A DNA stretch of 31,466 nucleotides from a virus (lineage: Duplodnaviria; Caudoviricetes): positions 1-31,466 of the IMG/VR virus record IMGVR_UViG_3300025375_000013. One strand, 5' to 3'. Position numbers and translations under genes: made by a program. The notes beneath the pieces are model-generated. The model made no database searches, was not told where the DNA came from, and saw only the letters and a program-made list of their open reading frames with translations. Positions 1 through 13,000 of this stretch are shown piece after piece. Positions within the stretch are counted from its first letter, which is position 1. Every line of letters begins with the position of its first letter.

Positions 1-1
1 T

Positions 2-3000
2 ATGTAATAAAATAGACACCATTAATGGTGACTGGTTATAATACTCTACTTTAGTGTTAGATAAGTTGTAAGGTGTCAACAAATTTAACTTAGATAATGG
101 CATTTTATCTTCTTGCTTCTGAAATTCATTTCTAGAGTTGAACTCAATATCATATCTCTCCATCAAAGCTTTTAACTGAGTAGCTTCTTTAGAGTTCCAT
201 GCAACCATAGCCTTCTGAACAATATTACCACTAGCTCTATACCAGTCAGCATGAGTAAATAAATCAGTCTGTGAAGCAAATACCTCATTAGATATCCAAC
301 CATCCATTAAGTTACTTACAGCAGATGATACGTTCCATCCTAAAGTCTTAAGTCTTATTGCTCTATATAAAGCAAGAACTGATTGAGAAGCATACCAATC
401 TCTACCAAGTTCACCTTTCATCTTTAACAATCTTTCTGCATCTCCTTCATTAGCACCTATAAGTAAGTTAGATAATTCTTTATCCATCTGCTTATCATCT
501 TCTGTGTATATTTTAGCAATGTTACCGAATTTTTGTTCATCATGATTAGCAAGTACATTTCTATTGTACCAACTATCCATTTGCTTATTAGCATTAATTC
601 TATCGCCATCATATATAGGCAGAGCATCTTTTGTTAAAGGTGAGTTGACATTATTAGTCTTAAGATTTTTGATATCTTTATAATAACTCAATAAAGAATC
701 AATAATAGGTTTCACCTCTTGTCTAGCATTATACTCAGCAGCTAAGTGTGCATACGCTACAAGTGTTCTAGGAATATTAGTAGAACTCTGTTCAATAACT
801 TCATTAGCAACACTATTTCTTATAATCTTTCCTATTGGTATAAAACCATCATCAACTTTTACAACTTTACCAATCTCTTCACGAATAACATCTGCATCAT
901 TAGACTTAATATTAAGATAACTTGCTATAAGTCTTAAAGCATTATCAGATAGATTGTTAATATTTAAAATAGAATAATAGTTATCTATCTGACTATGTTC
1001 ATCCAACATCTTATTAAGTCGTATTTTCTCCATTAAAAACTTCTTAGATATCAAACTGTTATTACCAACAATCTGATGATTCACCATAGGTACTATCTTT
1101 CTATCAGCATCTAGATTAGCACCTGTAACTTCACTACCTTCTATAATAGATATTGCTTCTTTTACAGAGTCCCATATTCTATTCCATACTTGATGCATTC
1201 TAGCTACAAAAGTAGCATCGCTATTATCAAACAATATTTCCCATAACTTCTTTTTGTCTGTAAGTAAACCTCTCTCTCCTGTAGCTGTATTGATATACTC
1301 TGAGAGTTCATTAAGAAGGTTTCTCATTTCATGTAATTCTGGATGCTGTTCAAAAGTAGCATAGTTATCATCCCAATAACCAGACTCTTTCTCATCAACT
1401 ATTTTCTTAGGTATAATTACATTATTTTCAAAATCATTATAGATAGTAACATTATCACCATATTGTGATCTATAACTATACCTATCACCTTCTAAACTTT
1501 CTTCATTCCAGTTCTCAAAACCGTAGATAGGTGAATGTTCTTTTTCCCATGAAGATAGTTTAAGTTTTTGTAGACTGTTTAATTCACCTTCTACATCTCC
1601 TAACAACATTTGCTTTTGACATCTATAATCATTAGCATATGCTTCAAACTTTTGTTTATATTCCTCTATGATGTCGTTGTAATGAATATCTGTTACACCT
1701 AAGTCTTTAGCTGTAGAAAGTTCTTCTTTAGCTTCCCAACCCATATTTTTGAGTAATGGATGTTCAGCTACATAATCAACAAGCTCTTTTATTGCCATAG
1801 GATTAATAATAGTAGCATGTTTCTTATACCATTCCCTACGAGCTTCTTCAAGAGCTTTAGTCTTCTCTATAGGATTAAAGTTTCCTGCAAGTATCTCACT
1901 ATTATCAGAACCATTCTTACTGTTCATAAATGAATGTTTTTGTCTAGCCACTACATCATCCCATTCATCAGAGAATCTACCTATAATTTCACCAGTCTTG
2001 TTACCAGCTTTGTTCTTTCTACGAAACATATCAAACGAGACTCCACCTCCTGCCCTAAACTTATGACTACCACCATCCAAAGAATGTAGGAGCTTTTCTA
2101 CATTTGGTAGTAATTCAGTAATCTTTTCTTCAATATGTTTAGTTGTAGCAAGAGTTCTACTCATAGAGTTCTCAAGCTCCAACATCATTATCTGAGGTAT
2201 GATGCCATTATGTGAAAAGATACCATTAGAAGCATCCATAAAGAACATATCTATAACAGAAGCATCTTTCAATCCGTCTTTTCCTGTAATTCTAGCAACT
2301 TCTTCTTTTGATAGTTTAGCACCATACATAGACATTACAGAAGGTCTACTAGCTATAAATTCATACATGTTTTCTCTCAGTGCATTAGTCAACATCATAT
2401 CTAGATCGTTAACTCTAGTCATCCACGATGCTAACAAGTCGGTATCTTCAGTAGATAAGTTTCCTCTTTCATTAGGTGATATAACATAGTTGTCCGATGT
2501 CAAACTTGTAAAGTTTTTATAGAACTTACTTAACATCACAGCTTCATCAAGAGAGTCTCTGTCACCAGCATTTATCAAAGATTCCAGTCTGTTGATATCT
2601 CTAGCACCAAAACTATCAAGAGCTGAAACATACATGTCTTTTTCATTACCAGTAATAAGTTTTGTAAGTTCTTTGACTTCACTAACAAGACCTTTAGTAT
2701 CAGTTGCAACATTGCCATAAAGTTCATGTAATATTGCTTGTTTCTGTACACCTAAATCGAAAGCTTCTTGATCTGTATGTTTACGAGCAAGATTGTTCTC
2801 ATTAGTTTTCAACCTTTCAAACAGATTAGTTCTACGTTCTCTTTTAAAGTCTAAAAACTTTTCTGCAAAAGTCTTTTCTTTATTACCCATCTCTTCATAA
2901 TTGCTATCATCTGTAAGCTCATCACCAACTTCCATTTCTAATGATATGTGCGAATCGTTAATTATCTGTCTATTTATTTCAGCTAACATACCTCTATCAA

Positions 3001-3661
3001 CAATAACTCTGTTATTATCACCTACTTTAGATACATATAAAAGAGGGTGTTTGAAACTATACATCTCTTTATACTGTTCATTAAGTTCTACAACTCTTTC
3101 AATATCAGCAGTATCAACATTATTCTTTTCATCAATAAGACCTACTTCAGATAAATTACTAAGAACACTATCTGTAGTTATGATGTTAACAGTTCTATCT
3201 TGTGGGAATATATTCATTACTTCATTAGCATGATTCATAAATACAGGTCTGTCTTCTATGAAGCCAATAATAGGTTCACCATTAACATCTGTAATAGCAT
3301 TCCAAGCTTTAAACTTCTCAGACTGAGTATATCTATACATGTTGTCCAACTCTTCTTTATTAGTTGAATAGTTCATCATGGTTTTATATGTCTGACTAAA
3401 TACAGAGTTACCATTGACATCCTTTATGTGAGGAAAGGTAGTAGCATTTAATTCATTTACAGAATTCTGCCTCTCATGCAATTTCTCTTTTGGTGGTAGT
3501 GACAACTGTTGAAGTTGTTCTTTAGTAGGCCAATCAGTTTTCTTATTTCCAGGTTTCTCTTGCCATACAGCTATCTTAGCAGCTACAATAGCAGGATGTA
3601 GACTTAACTCTTCAGCTAAGTTTTGTACATCCTGATGATTAACGTTGATACAATGTGCCAT
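2..3661 (-). CDS. Giant virion cargo protein of the RNAP locus (third giant protein, phi14:2 gp67-like position); partial, >=1220 aa, continues past the left edge
   Basis: Not in the ORF track because no stop lies inside the window. ATG at 3661 overlaps the TAA of the ferritin-like gene (TAATG). Manual translation gives MAHCINVNHQDVQNLAEELSLHPAIVAAKIAVWQEKPGNKKTDWPTKEQL...YTQSEKFKAWNAITDVNGEPIIGF..., and the same frame is still open at positions 2-80 (...LLTPYNLSNTKVEYYNQSPLMVSILLH). Its position downstream of the virion RNAP matches crAss-like gene order. Confidence 0.85.
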   Translation of the reverse strand, partial: MAHCINVNHQDVQNLAEELSLHPAIVAAKIAVWQEKPGNKKTDWPTKEQLQQLSLPPKEKLHERQNSVNELNATTFPHIKDVNGNSVFSQTYKTMMNYSTNKEELDNMYRYTQSEKFKAWNAITDVNGEPIIGFIEDRPVFMNHANEVMNIFPQDRTVNIITTDSVLSNLSEVGLIDEKNNVDTADIERVVELNEQYKEMYSFKHPLLYVSKVGDNNRVIVDRGMLAEINRQIINDSHISLEMEVGDELTDDSNYEEMGNKEKTFAEKFLDFKRERRTNLFERLKTNENNLARKHTDQEAFDLGVQKQAILHELYGNVATDTKGLVSEVKELTKLITGNEKDMYVSALDSFGARDINRLESLINAGDRDSLDEAVMLSKFYKNFTSLTSDNYVISPNERGNLSTEDTDLLASWMTRVNDLDMMLTNALRENMYEFIASRPSVMSMYGAKLSKEEVARITGKDGLKDASVIDMFFMDASNGIFSHNGIIPQIMMLELENSMSRTLATTKHIEEKITELLPNVEKLLHSLDGGSHKFRAGGGVSFDMFRRKNKAGNKTGEIIGRFSDEWDDVVARQKHSFMNSKNGSDNSEILAGNFNPIEKTKALEEARREWYKKHATIINPMAIKELVDYVAEHPLLKNMGWEAKEELSTAKDLGVTDIHYNDIIEEYKQKFEAYANDYRCQKQMLLGDVEGELNSLQKLKLSSWEKEHSPIYGFENWNEESLEGDRYSYRSQYGDNVTIYNDFENNVIIPKKIVDEKESGYWDDNYATFEQHPELHEMRNLLNELSEYINTATGERGLLTDKKKLWEILFDNSDATFVARMHQVWNRIWDSVKEAISIIEGSEVTGANLDADRKIVPMVNHQIVGNNSLISKKFLMEKIRLNKMLDEHSQIDNYYSILNINNLSDNALRLIASYLNIKSNDADVIREEIGKVVKVDDGFIPIGKIIRNSVANEVIEQSSTNIPRTLVAYAHLAAEYNARQEVKPIIDSLLSYYKDIKNLKTNNVNSPLTKDALPIYDGDRINANKQMDSWYNRNVLANHDEQKFGNIAKIYTEDDKQMDKELSNLLIGANEGDAERLLKMKGELGRDWYASQSVLALYRAIRLKTLGWNVSSAVSNLMDGWISNEVFASQTDLFTHADWYRASGNIVQKAMVAWNSKEATQLKALMERYDIEFNSRNEFQKQEDKMPLSKLNLLTPYNLSNTKVEYYNQSPLMVSILLH

Positions 3662-4014
3662 TAAGTAGTAAGATATTTAAGTTTATATACAGTTTGTGCA
3701 ATCAACTGAATGATATCGTCTATAATCTGTTGAAGATAACCATCAGTATAAGTAGTTCTATGTATAGTATATTCCGACATTAAGTTCTGAAGATATTTAA
3801 GTGGGTCAACACCTTCAGAGAATTCAATCTTATAACCTTTAATCAAAGAGTACATGCCTTGATAAGACTCAACAAATGTATCGGTTAGTCCTACAATATC
3901 ATTATAGAAACCGTCTAAAGCCATATGTTGAGAATACTTCTTTGTCTGTAGATGTGCTATATGCATATCTATTCTTGCTGCCATAAGGCTTGATACGAAC
4001 TCTGGTGTTGTCAT
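3661..4014 (-). CDS. Small ferritin/Dps-like four-helix protein (phage DUF5856-type), ~117 aa
   Basis: Motifs HIAHLQT..YSQHMALDGFYNDIVGLTDTFVESYQG and LQQIIDDIIQLIAQTVYKL fit a ferritin-like helix pattern with H/D/E ligands. Start revised from 4023 to the ATG at 4014 (MTTPEF), which lies 1 nt after the RNAP stop (TAA-T-ATG). Confidence 0.75.
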   Translation of the reverse strand: MTTPEFVSSLMAARIDMHIAHLQTKKYSQHMALDGFYNDIVGLTDTFVESYQGMYSLIKGYKIEFSEGVDPLKYLQNLMSEYTIHRTTYTDGYLQQIIDDIIQLIAQTVYKLKYLTT

Positions 4015-4015
4015 A

Positions 4016-7000
4016 TTATGCACAATCTATTAGTTTCTGCTGTATGTCAGCATTCTCACTATTGAACTGCTCCATAGTAAGAGTTGGATATGAAGAAGAT
4101 AGCTTTTCTTCGTTAGATTTCCATAACTCATTTTTTATAGGCATCTCAAAATTTCCGCTAGTAAACATATTATCAAATTTATCAGCACTATCAACAAAAT
4201 CTTTACCAGCTTTATCTGCTATGTTAGTAGGAGTATTAGATTTCTTAGGTTCTACTACTGGTTCTGTAGTTGGCTTGTTAACAATATCACTTTTAGACAA
4301 AGCTTCTTTAAACTTTTCAATACCCACTCCATTTAATATTTTCTCAGCATCAGCAATAGCTTTTTTTTGGGTACTACTTGGAACTTGGAATAGTGCCCTT
4401 CCAGTACGTTTCTCTCCAACTATCCATGCTTTACCATTAATATTATTATGTATTATAAATTCAAAGTCTGGAAACCCATCAAACGTTATAGTTTTAGCAT
4501 TAATAATTGCATATTCATTATCTCCAATTGGTATACGAACTTTTTCATAACCTTTCTTCAATTTATTATTGTCACTAAGTGTTTCATTAAGAACTCTATT
4601 ACTTTCATCAATAACATTCTTGATAGCAACTTTATTCTGTACAGCAGGTTTTACTTCAGGAGCTATCGTAGGTATATCTTTATCATCAGTAATCAACCTT
4701 ATAGAGTTCTGAATAGCTTCTCTAAGTATAGGACTAGGATTCTTAAACTCACTAACGCCAAATGAAGAAAGTATCTTAGTAATAAAGTCTCCAAACCTAT
4801 CAAGAAGGGTTCTGTCTTTTAACTTGATACCATTAAGAACTCTCTGAAACTCAGGGTCTGTAAGTACTTTGGCTACAAACTCATGTAAATCATATATACC
4901 ATAAACAAGACCTTCTTCATGAGAAAGACTTGTAGGTTCCGTACTATTAGCTCTTTGTGCAGCTAATATTTTAGTTTCCATACTCTTCAAAAGATCACCC
5001 TTTCCAGCTTCGATCAATCTAGCTTTAATATCATTGAACGTTTTAACTAAATCATGTATGTATGCAGGTGCTGAAGCATCAAACACTTTAGCTGGTTTTA
5101 ATACTCCACTCCTCGTAGTTACATACTTATTTATCTTATACGTTGTTAATGCATGTACAATTTCATGAAGAAGTACTGTTGCATATTTGTTAGGGTCTTT
5201 TTCTATATTTAAATTTTCATTGTTAATTTCTATAAGACCTTTGGTATGTTTACCTAATGTCGATAGATTAGAATTGTTTTGTAACTTAATAATTGATAAA
5301 ACTTTAGCAATACTATCAGTATTAAAAAGATTGAACAAGAATTTATTACCTTTACTAACATCATTATGTTTAAGTAAAGCATCAATAGTAACCTTCATAC
5401 TAAGATTAGCTATAGGAGTTCTATTAGCATCCTTTTTATCAGAAGAAGGAGATATTTTTTTAGCAGTGCTAGTCAGCAAGCCAAGCTTATTCCTTGCATC
5501 CTTAAAAGTAGCTTCATTATCAGTAACATTACTAGGATAATAGTCACTATTGTTAGCATCATATTCAGTCATGCCAACATCTCCAAGTTTGCTAACCCTC
5601 TTATAATCACGATCGCTTACTGGAACTCTTATATACAGGTATTCATGCGTATCATACTTCTTTGTAACTTCATTCTTTTCAGAATATCTGACATAGAATC
5701 TATCTTCTTTTAGTTCAGCAGTAAGTTTAATATTACTATCTCTCATCTGAAAACCTTTAGCTAATATCTTAACAAGAGTATCTTGCTTAATATTAAGACC
5801 ATACTCAGGATTATGTCTAAACAATTGATCTAAGAATGTATTAGATAACTTAAGTTGATAATCAGTATTCTTTGTATCACCATTAGTTTTCATCGCATCA
5901 CTCATATCTCTAAGGCTATCAGTAAATCCGATAGCCTTAGCATAAGTAAGAGACATATATTTTACAAACTCATTGGCTTTCTGCACACCACCTTGAAGGT
6001 ATGCATATCTAAACAAATCTTTACCCAACTTTGTAGTATCATATTTCTCACCATTAAAATCAGGTAAAGCAATCTTACTTCTTAACAGTTCTGTATGTGC
6101 TTTATAGTAATCTTCTTCTGAGTAAGCATCGTCTTGTGTACTAGTAAATTTGATAGTAGAGTACTGTAGTTTATTCTGTCCAGGGTTAATATCAAAATCT
6201 AATGCATTTAATAAGACATTGTTCAATTTTAAACGAACCCTCTTAATATAGCTAGCAAGTGACTCTTTAATGATTTTATCATCAATTACTTTATCTATAG
6301 CAAGACGTTCTCTTTCTGCCTGTGCAGTAGTCTTTGACAATTTCAAACTATTATCACTATACATAAACTTCTTTAATTCGTCAACAACATCTCTAGCATT
6401 ATCGGTATTAACATCTCCACTAAATAATTTAAACAATATTCTACTAATAAGAGTGCTTTCATAAGGAAAATGTCTACCCCATAAAGCCTTAGCCATTCCC
6501 AGAGCATGAACAGAAAACATACTTGATATAGTTTCAGGTGTGATATACATGCCCGCAGTATTTACAGCACCCTCGCTATTGTCAAAAGAATATCTTCCTA
6601 CAAGTTTAGATATATTTTTAATAGACCCTTCTTTTTTATATATCTCAGCAATCTTCTGACTATCGAAAATCGTGTCAAAGTAACTAATACCTAAACCTTT
6701 AGAATCTTTATTAGTACTAGTCTGTACTTCTTGTATTGAAGTAGCATAATCTTTAAGTGTAATAAATGTCTGTAACACTTTTAATTGAAACAGAGGGTCT
6801 ATCTCTTCACCATTGACATCTTTCTTTATCTGATCTACAAAAGCTTTGTTGATAAGCTTGCTACCATTAGGAAGATTTACAAAGTCTTCTTCTTTAATAC
6901 CATATTTCCTAATCATAGAAGTCATGATATACATATCTCTATTTTCTTTAGCAACATAGTCACCAGTATTACTATCAAGAACGTTTGACATTCTTACATA

Positions 7001-10000
7001 TTCTTTTATGACAGGTTGTTGCATCATTAAAACTTTAATGCTACTAATACCATCAACTTCAGTACCTTTATCAAATCCCAAAAAGTTGAGCATTTTAATA
7101 ACAGGTATTGTATAGTTATTAAAGTTAACAGCACCTAAGAACTGTAACTTCTCGTTATCAGTAGCTGTATCAAGCATCTCAGATGTTACTTCTGCTATGT
7201 CTCTAGCACCGTCAAGTGTTTTAGTACGTCCTAACTTGCTAGCTTTAAATTCTCCTATTGTGATATTATGAGGAACAATTTTTGTAACTTCTTTACCATC
7301 TCTATCTACATCTGTTATAGTTGTCATCAACTGTAAAGCTTTGTTATCAGCAAATAACTTTTCAAGTTCAGGTTGTAAGACTGTATCTAAAGCGAAAGCA
7401 CCAATAGCAGATTTACCTACAGCACCTTTTAACAATTTATCCTTCTGATACATGTCGCTAATTGGTGTATCATTAATATCATATTTACCAGTGATCTTCT
7501 CAAGAGCAGCTTTTTGAGACATAGCATATTCAGTTGATAGAACTTCAAGAGTCTTCTTCTGAACTTTTTCGTTTGACATGATTTGTTTGTGCATGTCAAC
7601 CAACTTGTTCAAGATCATTTCTTGATTGTTACTACCATCTTCTTTTGCTGTAGTTTTTATAATCTTACCTTCAGCATCTATAGATGTATGATATTGATAA
7701 GTATTTTCTTTATCTACATCATAGTCAAGACCTTTCTGATTGGCTTTACCAGCAGATACAATCATCAAATCTCCAGCTTCAGGAGGTAGAAGACCTACTA
7801 TCTTATCTGTAGATATAGATGCATGTTTAGATGTAGGTATACGAAAGGATATTGTATTTAACAAATCTTCATCAATATACTGAGTATTCAACTTGTAATG
7901 ACTAGCACCACCTTTCTCTGTTATCTTTTGTACATATCTTGCAGGTTTACCATTCTCATCTCTAACTATTTCACCATTACCATTCCTTACTACATCTTCT
8001 AATAAATTAATAAGCTTACCATCCCAACCTCTAAACTTAGGTTGTAAAAATACTTCATCATGTGCTAATGATCTAGGATTACCTTCTTCATCAGTAAGAG
8101 GGCCATTTATCCAAACCATTCGGGATTTGTCATGACCTTTATAATTTTTTTGTCTTTGGAAACCTGCTTCAGAGCCCACCACGTAAGAAAATCCAGGCAT
8201 TTTAACATTGGTAAGCCTGTCGGAAACAATTGAATGTAGCAGGGCTTCGACCTTATCAGAATTAGAAAGAATCCATATAGGACTGACAAAATTACCATCG
8301 TTATCAAGAGCTAAACTTTCTTTGTCCTGTTTGCTATAGTTATTCTCTATAGCTTCATCTTGTAATATTTTAGCAAGTTTTGTAGCAGCTTCTATCTTAG
8401 TTTCAGGTAAGAAATTACCGGCATCATCAATCATAAGTTCTTTCTTAAGTTCAGAAAGCTTATGTGCTACAAGTTCTTTGTAAATTTGCATATGTTCATT
8501 ATACATCTGTAAACCAGTCTTAACACCTTCAGAAGTGTTAAACTTAAAATTGATAGCACCAGCAGATAACAATAGCTTAGATATCTGAGTACCTCTAGTA
8601 ATACTATCTTGATAATCATGCTTAGCAGATTTTACAGGTATAGGCTGCTGTATTCTAAAACTTGATCTATCTAGTGTACGAGTATGTTTATCATAGTTAT
8701 TATATAGATCAGATGTAGGTTTACCATCAACATCTACACCTTTACCATCAACGTTTATAGTACCATCATGAGCAAAAATACTAGCTGAATTTTTTACACC
8801 TCCTACCTTATTAGCACTATCATATGAGAATCTAACTGTAGTATTATTACCTTTCTCAGTTTCTACATCTTCTATATGCTCCATTACTTTACGTAACTTG
8901 TCAAGTTCCATACCACCAGTAAACTCCTCAAACAATGGAAAAGCTGAAGATTTTATATATATAGGAACCATCATTCTGTTTTCAGTATCATACTGTTGAC
9001 CAGTATATACAGGTTTCTGGACAGTTTGATATACTTTCTTTAATAAGAACTTTTGTCTTTCAGTAAGTTCAGAGTTTTTAGTTTGTCTTAACTTCTTAGC
9101 TTCTACCAGTTCTGAAACAGTAAAATCTTTAAGAACATCTTCAAGTTTACCACTAGCTTCCATCATATATAAAAACTCTTTCCATGTCATATACTCTTGG
9201 GCATCCGTAGCAGTTATATTTCTGAAACCATCAGCAATAACTTGACCATGCTTCTGCAACACTTCTTGATAAACTTTACCTTCAACAATCTCCTTATCTT
9301 TGCCGAAGATTTGAATGTAATGATTGTCATCAGAGTTAGCAGAACCTTCACCTGGAGCTGCCTGACTAGCTAACCTCTTACCTACGTTAACCATAGTATC
9401 TCTTATAACATCAAAGACATTCTGATTAGTATAGTCCTTTAAATCAACACCTTTAACCGAACTATTCTTATAATAAGCAGCAGGGTCTCCTCCATATAAC
9501 TTATACATATCGACATTGTGCAACATGTAGTTTAATACATAATCATGAACAGCATATTGATGTTGCAAATCTTTTGTAGCATTGCCAAACATACTTTTCA
9601 TATAACTATTATCATGAAGAAGTTTACCCTCTTCATTAATAATACCAAGTTCATGCCATTCTTTAAGCTTCTTATATGCAAGACTTTTGACAAGTTCTAA
9701 CATCTCCTTATCTATAGTAGGTCTAATCTCCTTTTCTATAGAAGCAAGATTACCATTACTATTACGTACAAGTTCTATAAGACTTCTACCATCTTCTAAT
9801 TTTGCAACGTTAAGTCTAGGAACCAAATATGCAAAGTCAGGATTGTAACCTTTAAGATTAATGTCTTCTTTGCCAAAATGATTACTAATTCTAGTAAGTT
9901 CTGCTTGTACCACATGAGTATATAATAAATCTAAAACTTCTTGCTTAGGTGCTATTGTTTTACTAACACCAATACCAAACTCTTGATAATCTTCTTCATT

Positions 10001-13000
10001 ATAGTTAGCATTTTTAATTTCTGTAACATCATAGTGTTCATTCTTAAACATATATACAGCAGTATCAAACACGTACAACTGTGATTTATCACTCATAGTT
10101 AAACCAAACATGCTAGCCATTCTTCTTTTTAAAGGAAGATTACCAATGTTAACAGTTGAATTAGCTATAGGACTTTGTACCATATCACCAAACGCAATCA
10201 TCTTAGCAAGTTCATGATCTCCACCACCAAGCTTAGATATCTGTTTGTCACCAAATACAGCAGCACCCAACTTCTTAATAGCAGTCTTAGACAGAGACGA
10301 CACTTTATATCTGTTTCTAAAATCAGAACTACTAGCTAATAAAGCAAGCGTTTGAGAATTACTGTTGAAATAAGATTCATTAATGTCTCTAGCTACACCA
10401 ATAAACTCACCTTTATCATCTACACAGTTCTTAAGATCATTAACCCTATTGGTTGTAAATGTATGTTGCATGAATCCATAAACATTCTTCTTACCATCCC
10501 TCCAAGAAGTAACCATTCTAGCAGTAACATATTTAGCATTTTCCTCTGCTGCCTCATACATTACTTTACCATAAGCTACAGATTCTGAATTAACAATAAC
10601 AGTATTTTTAACAAGTTTACCTTCTGACAAAACTACTTTTTTACCTACAGCATCTGCATCAAGAATTTTTTTATACTCTCTAACTAAATTATCAAATATA
10701 AAATCTGTGCTATTAATAGCATCCACAAGTTGTGTACGAGAACCATCTTTATTAGTAAGACCATAATTAACCCATACATCAAGTAAATCTTCAGATAACA
10801 ATATGCCTGTGCTATCCATTACTTCCTTTAGCTTCCTACCATCAACTTTTGCAAATTCTAAAGGACTACGAGCAAGATTCTGAAGTGCTACAAGATTATC
10901 ATATACAACTTTAACTCTTTCTGGATTGAATACATAATAGTCAAGTTCTTTAACTTCTTTAACAAGACCTTCTTCATCAACAGTACCTTTAAGATTGTCT
11001 ATCCAATCTTTAACCATTTTTCGTGTATTGGTATGAGAATTAGTATCCGCCATATTAAAGCGAATCCCATTCTTATTGACACTGTACAAAGGACTCTTCA
11101 TTGTTAACTGATGTTTACTCATAAGAGAAGTAAACTCGTTGGCGGTCTTGTGATCTTCTTTCTGTAGTTTTTCAAGTCTACTAACAAGATCATAATTCTT
11201 TTCAGAGTATAACCAAGGATATGGGCCTCGTGCAGCTTTGAGTATTTTTATGAAAGTATCAAAGCTTGCAGGTTTATCAGCAAGTAAAGAACTAACTCTG
11301 TCAAATACTTCATCAGCTTCTAAGAATTTTTGTGTACCTAAAAAACCGTCTTTAAAGCTACCATCTTTTTCAAGATCATAAGTAGCAGACATCAACTTTC
11401 TTATATTAAAACTTGCAGTCTGTTTAGCATTAAGATTCTCAGGATCAACATCAAAAGATTCATTTTCCTTCTTTATGAAGTTCTTACTCTTTAATTGTTC
11501 TTTTACGTCAGCAATTATAATATCATCATGTCCTGTTACAGCATCCATCTTATTAACTAAAGTATTATAGTCTTCAAGAAGAGGTTGTACTTCAGGATGT
11601 TCCTCTACTAAGGTTTCAAGTTTCAAACGATTGTCTTCTACTATGCCAGCAACACCATCAATAATTTTTGAAAGATGATCTTTAATAATCTCGTCAACCT
11701 TATTTCTAGACATAGATTCTTCAGCATCTGAAAGGTCTTTTGCTACCAGATTATACAAGCTAAGCGTTAACTCACGTTGTTCTGATGGCATCAACTCTTC
11801 TATAGAGTTAGAAGAATCTCTAAGTTCTCTACTTAGTTCAGCGGTAATAGCATCATCTATGGTCATTGAAAGTTGTACATCTTGATCTCTAACGATATCA
11901 GATATGTCATGAACATTTCTAGAATCTTTGTTTAACAGTCTAGAGATATCAGAAATAGCTTTTTTTACAAAAGCAACATTGTCATCAGACATACCCTCTA
12001 TAACAGGAGAAGGTTCTTCAACTTGCTTTTTCTTCAACTGTTCTTCAACTTGCTCTTTCTTATCCTCTATAGCTTCCTTAACAGCTTCATCAACAGACTG
12101 ATCAAATTGATCTTTAGGTCTGAACTGTATTGACCTCTGTAAAAATGGTGTATATAGGGGATTTTCTTCTGAACCTACATTAAACTCAGCCGTTGTAGTT
12201 GATAATTTAGTTGCTAAATATTTAACATAGTTCTCATGACCTACATACTTCTTACCTTCATTATCTATAAATTCTACTGGTAGATTATTCCTGAAAGATT
12301 CAACATCTCTTTCAAGCTTCATATTAGGAAGTATATTTTTACAAAGATGATCTAACACTTTTGTCAATCCTGTATTGAACCTAGTACCACTACCAATATA
12401 GTAGTATGTGCCATTAGGCATTTTAATACCTATTTGACCTTCTTTACTCTTTTCTCCTTCTTTTTTAGTAGCGTTTTCTTCTTGACTCTCTGGACTAAGA
12501 CCAGTGTAATAAAAATCTTCAGACTTATTAAGTAACATACCTTCTCTTGATACTTGATCTTTTCCCCATCGTCCACCCTGTCGTATCTGTACAAAACTTT
12601 TAATATACTTATAAAGATCACTAATCTTTTCCATACTATGACCATTAATAACCTCATGATTATTAGGGTCTACACACTTGATAATTGCTTGTCTAATAGA
12701 AGTAATGATTTTATCATAATCAGTACCATCTTCAAAATTACCTTCAACAGTCTTTTTTCTTAAATCTGATAATATACCTACAGATTTAATACCATTTTCA
12801 GAAGGCCCAACACCCATCACATTAGATACATGATATAGTTGTTCATTCTTCTCGTTAACACCATGAGGATATAGTAAAAGTACCATACCATTTCCAGGTT
12901 TACCAAGTTTTCTAAATGCATCAATGTTTGTTATTCTTGATAATGATAGTTTTTCAAAATTACCATTAGGAAGTATAAGATCGCCTTTACTACTTTTAAT

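Noticed and set aside
17-30. Perfect 14-bp palindrome CACCATTAATGGTG
   Set aside because: Inside a coding region, no second copy noticed, and palindromes of this length are expected by chance in 31 kb of AT-rich DNA.
1-3660. Apparent gene-free or stop-recoded region at the left end
   Set aside because: It is one open minus-strand frame that lacks a stop inside the window, so no recoding or non-coding element is needed.
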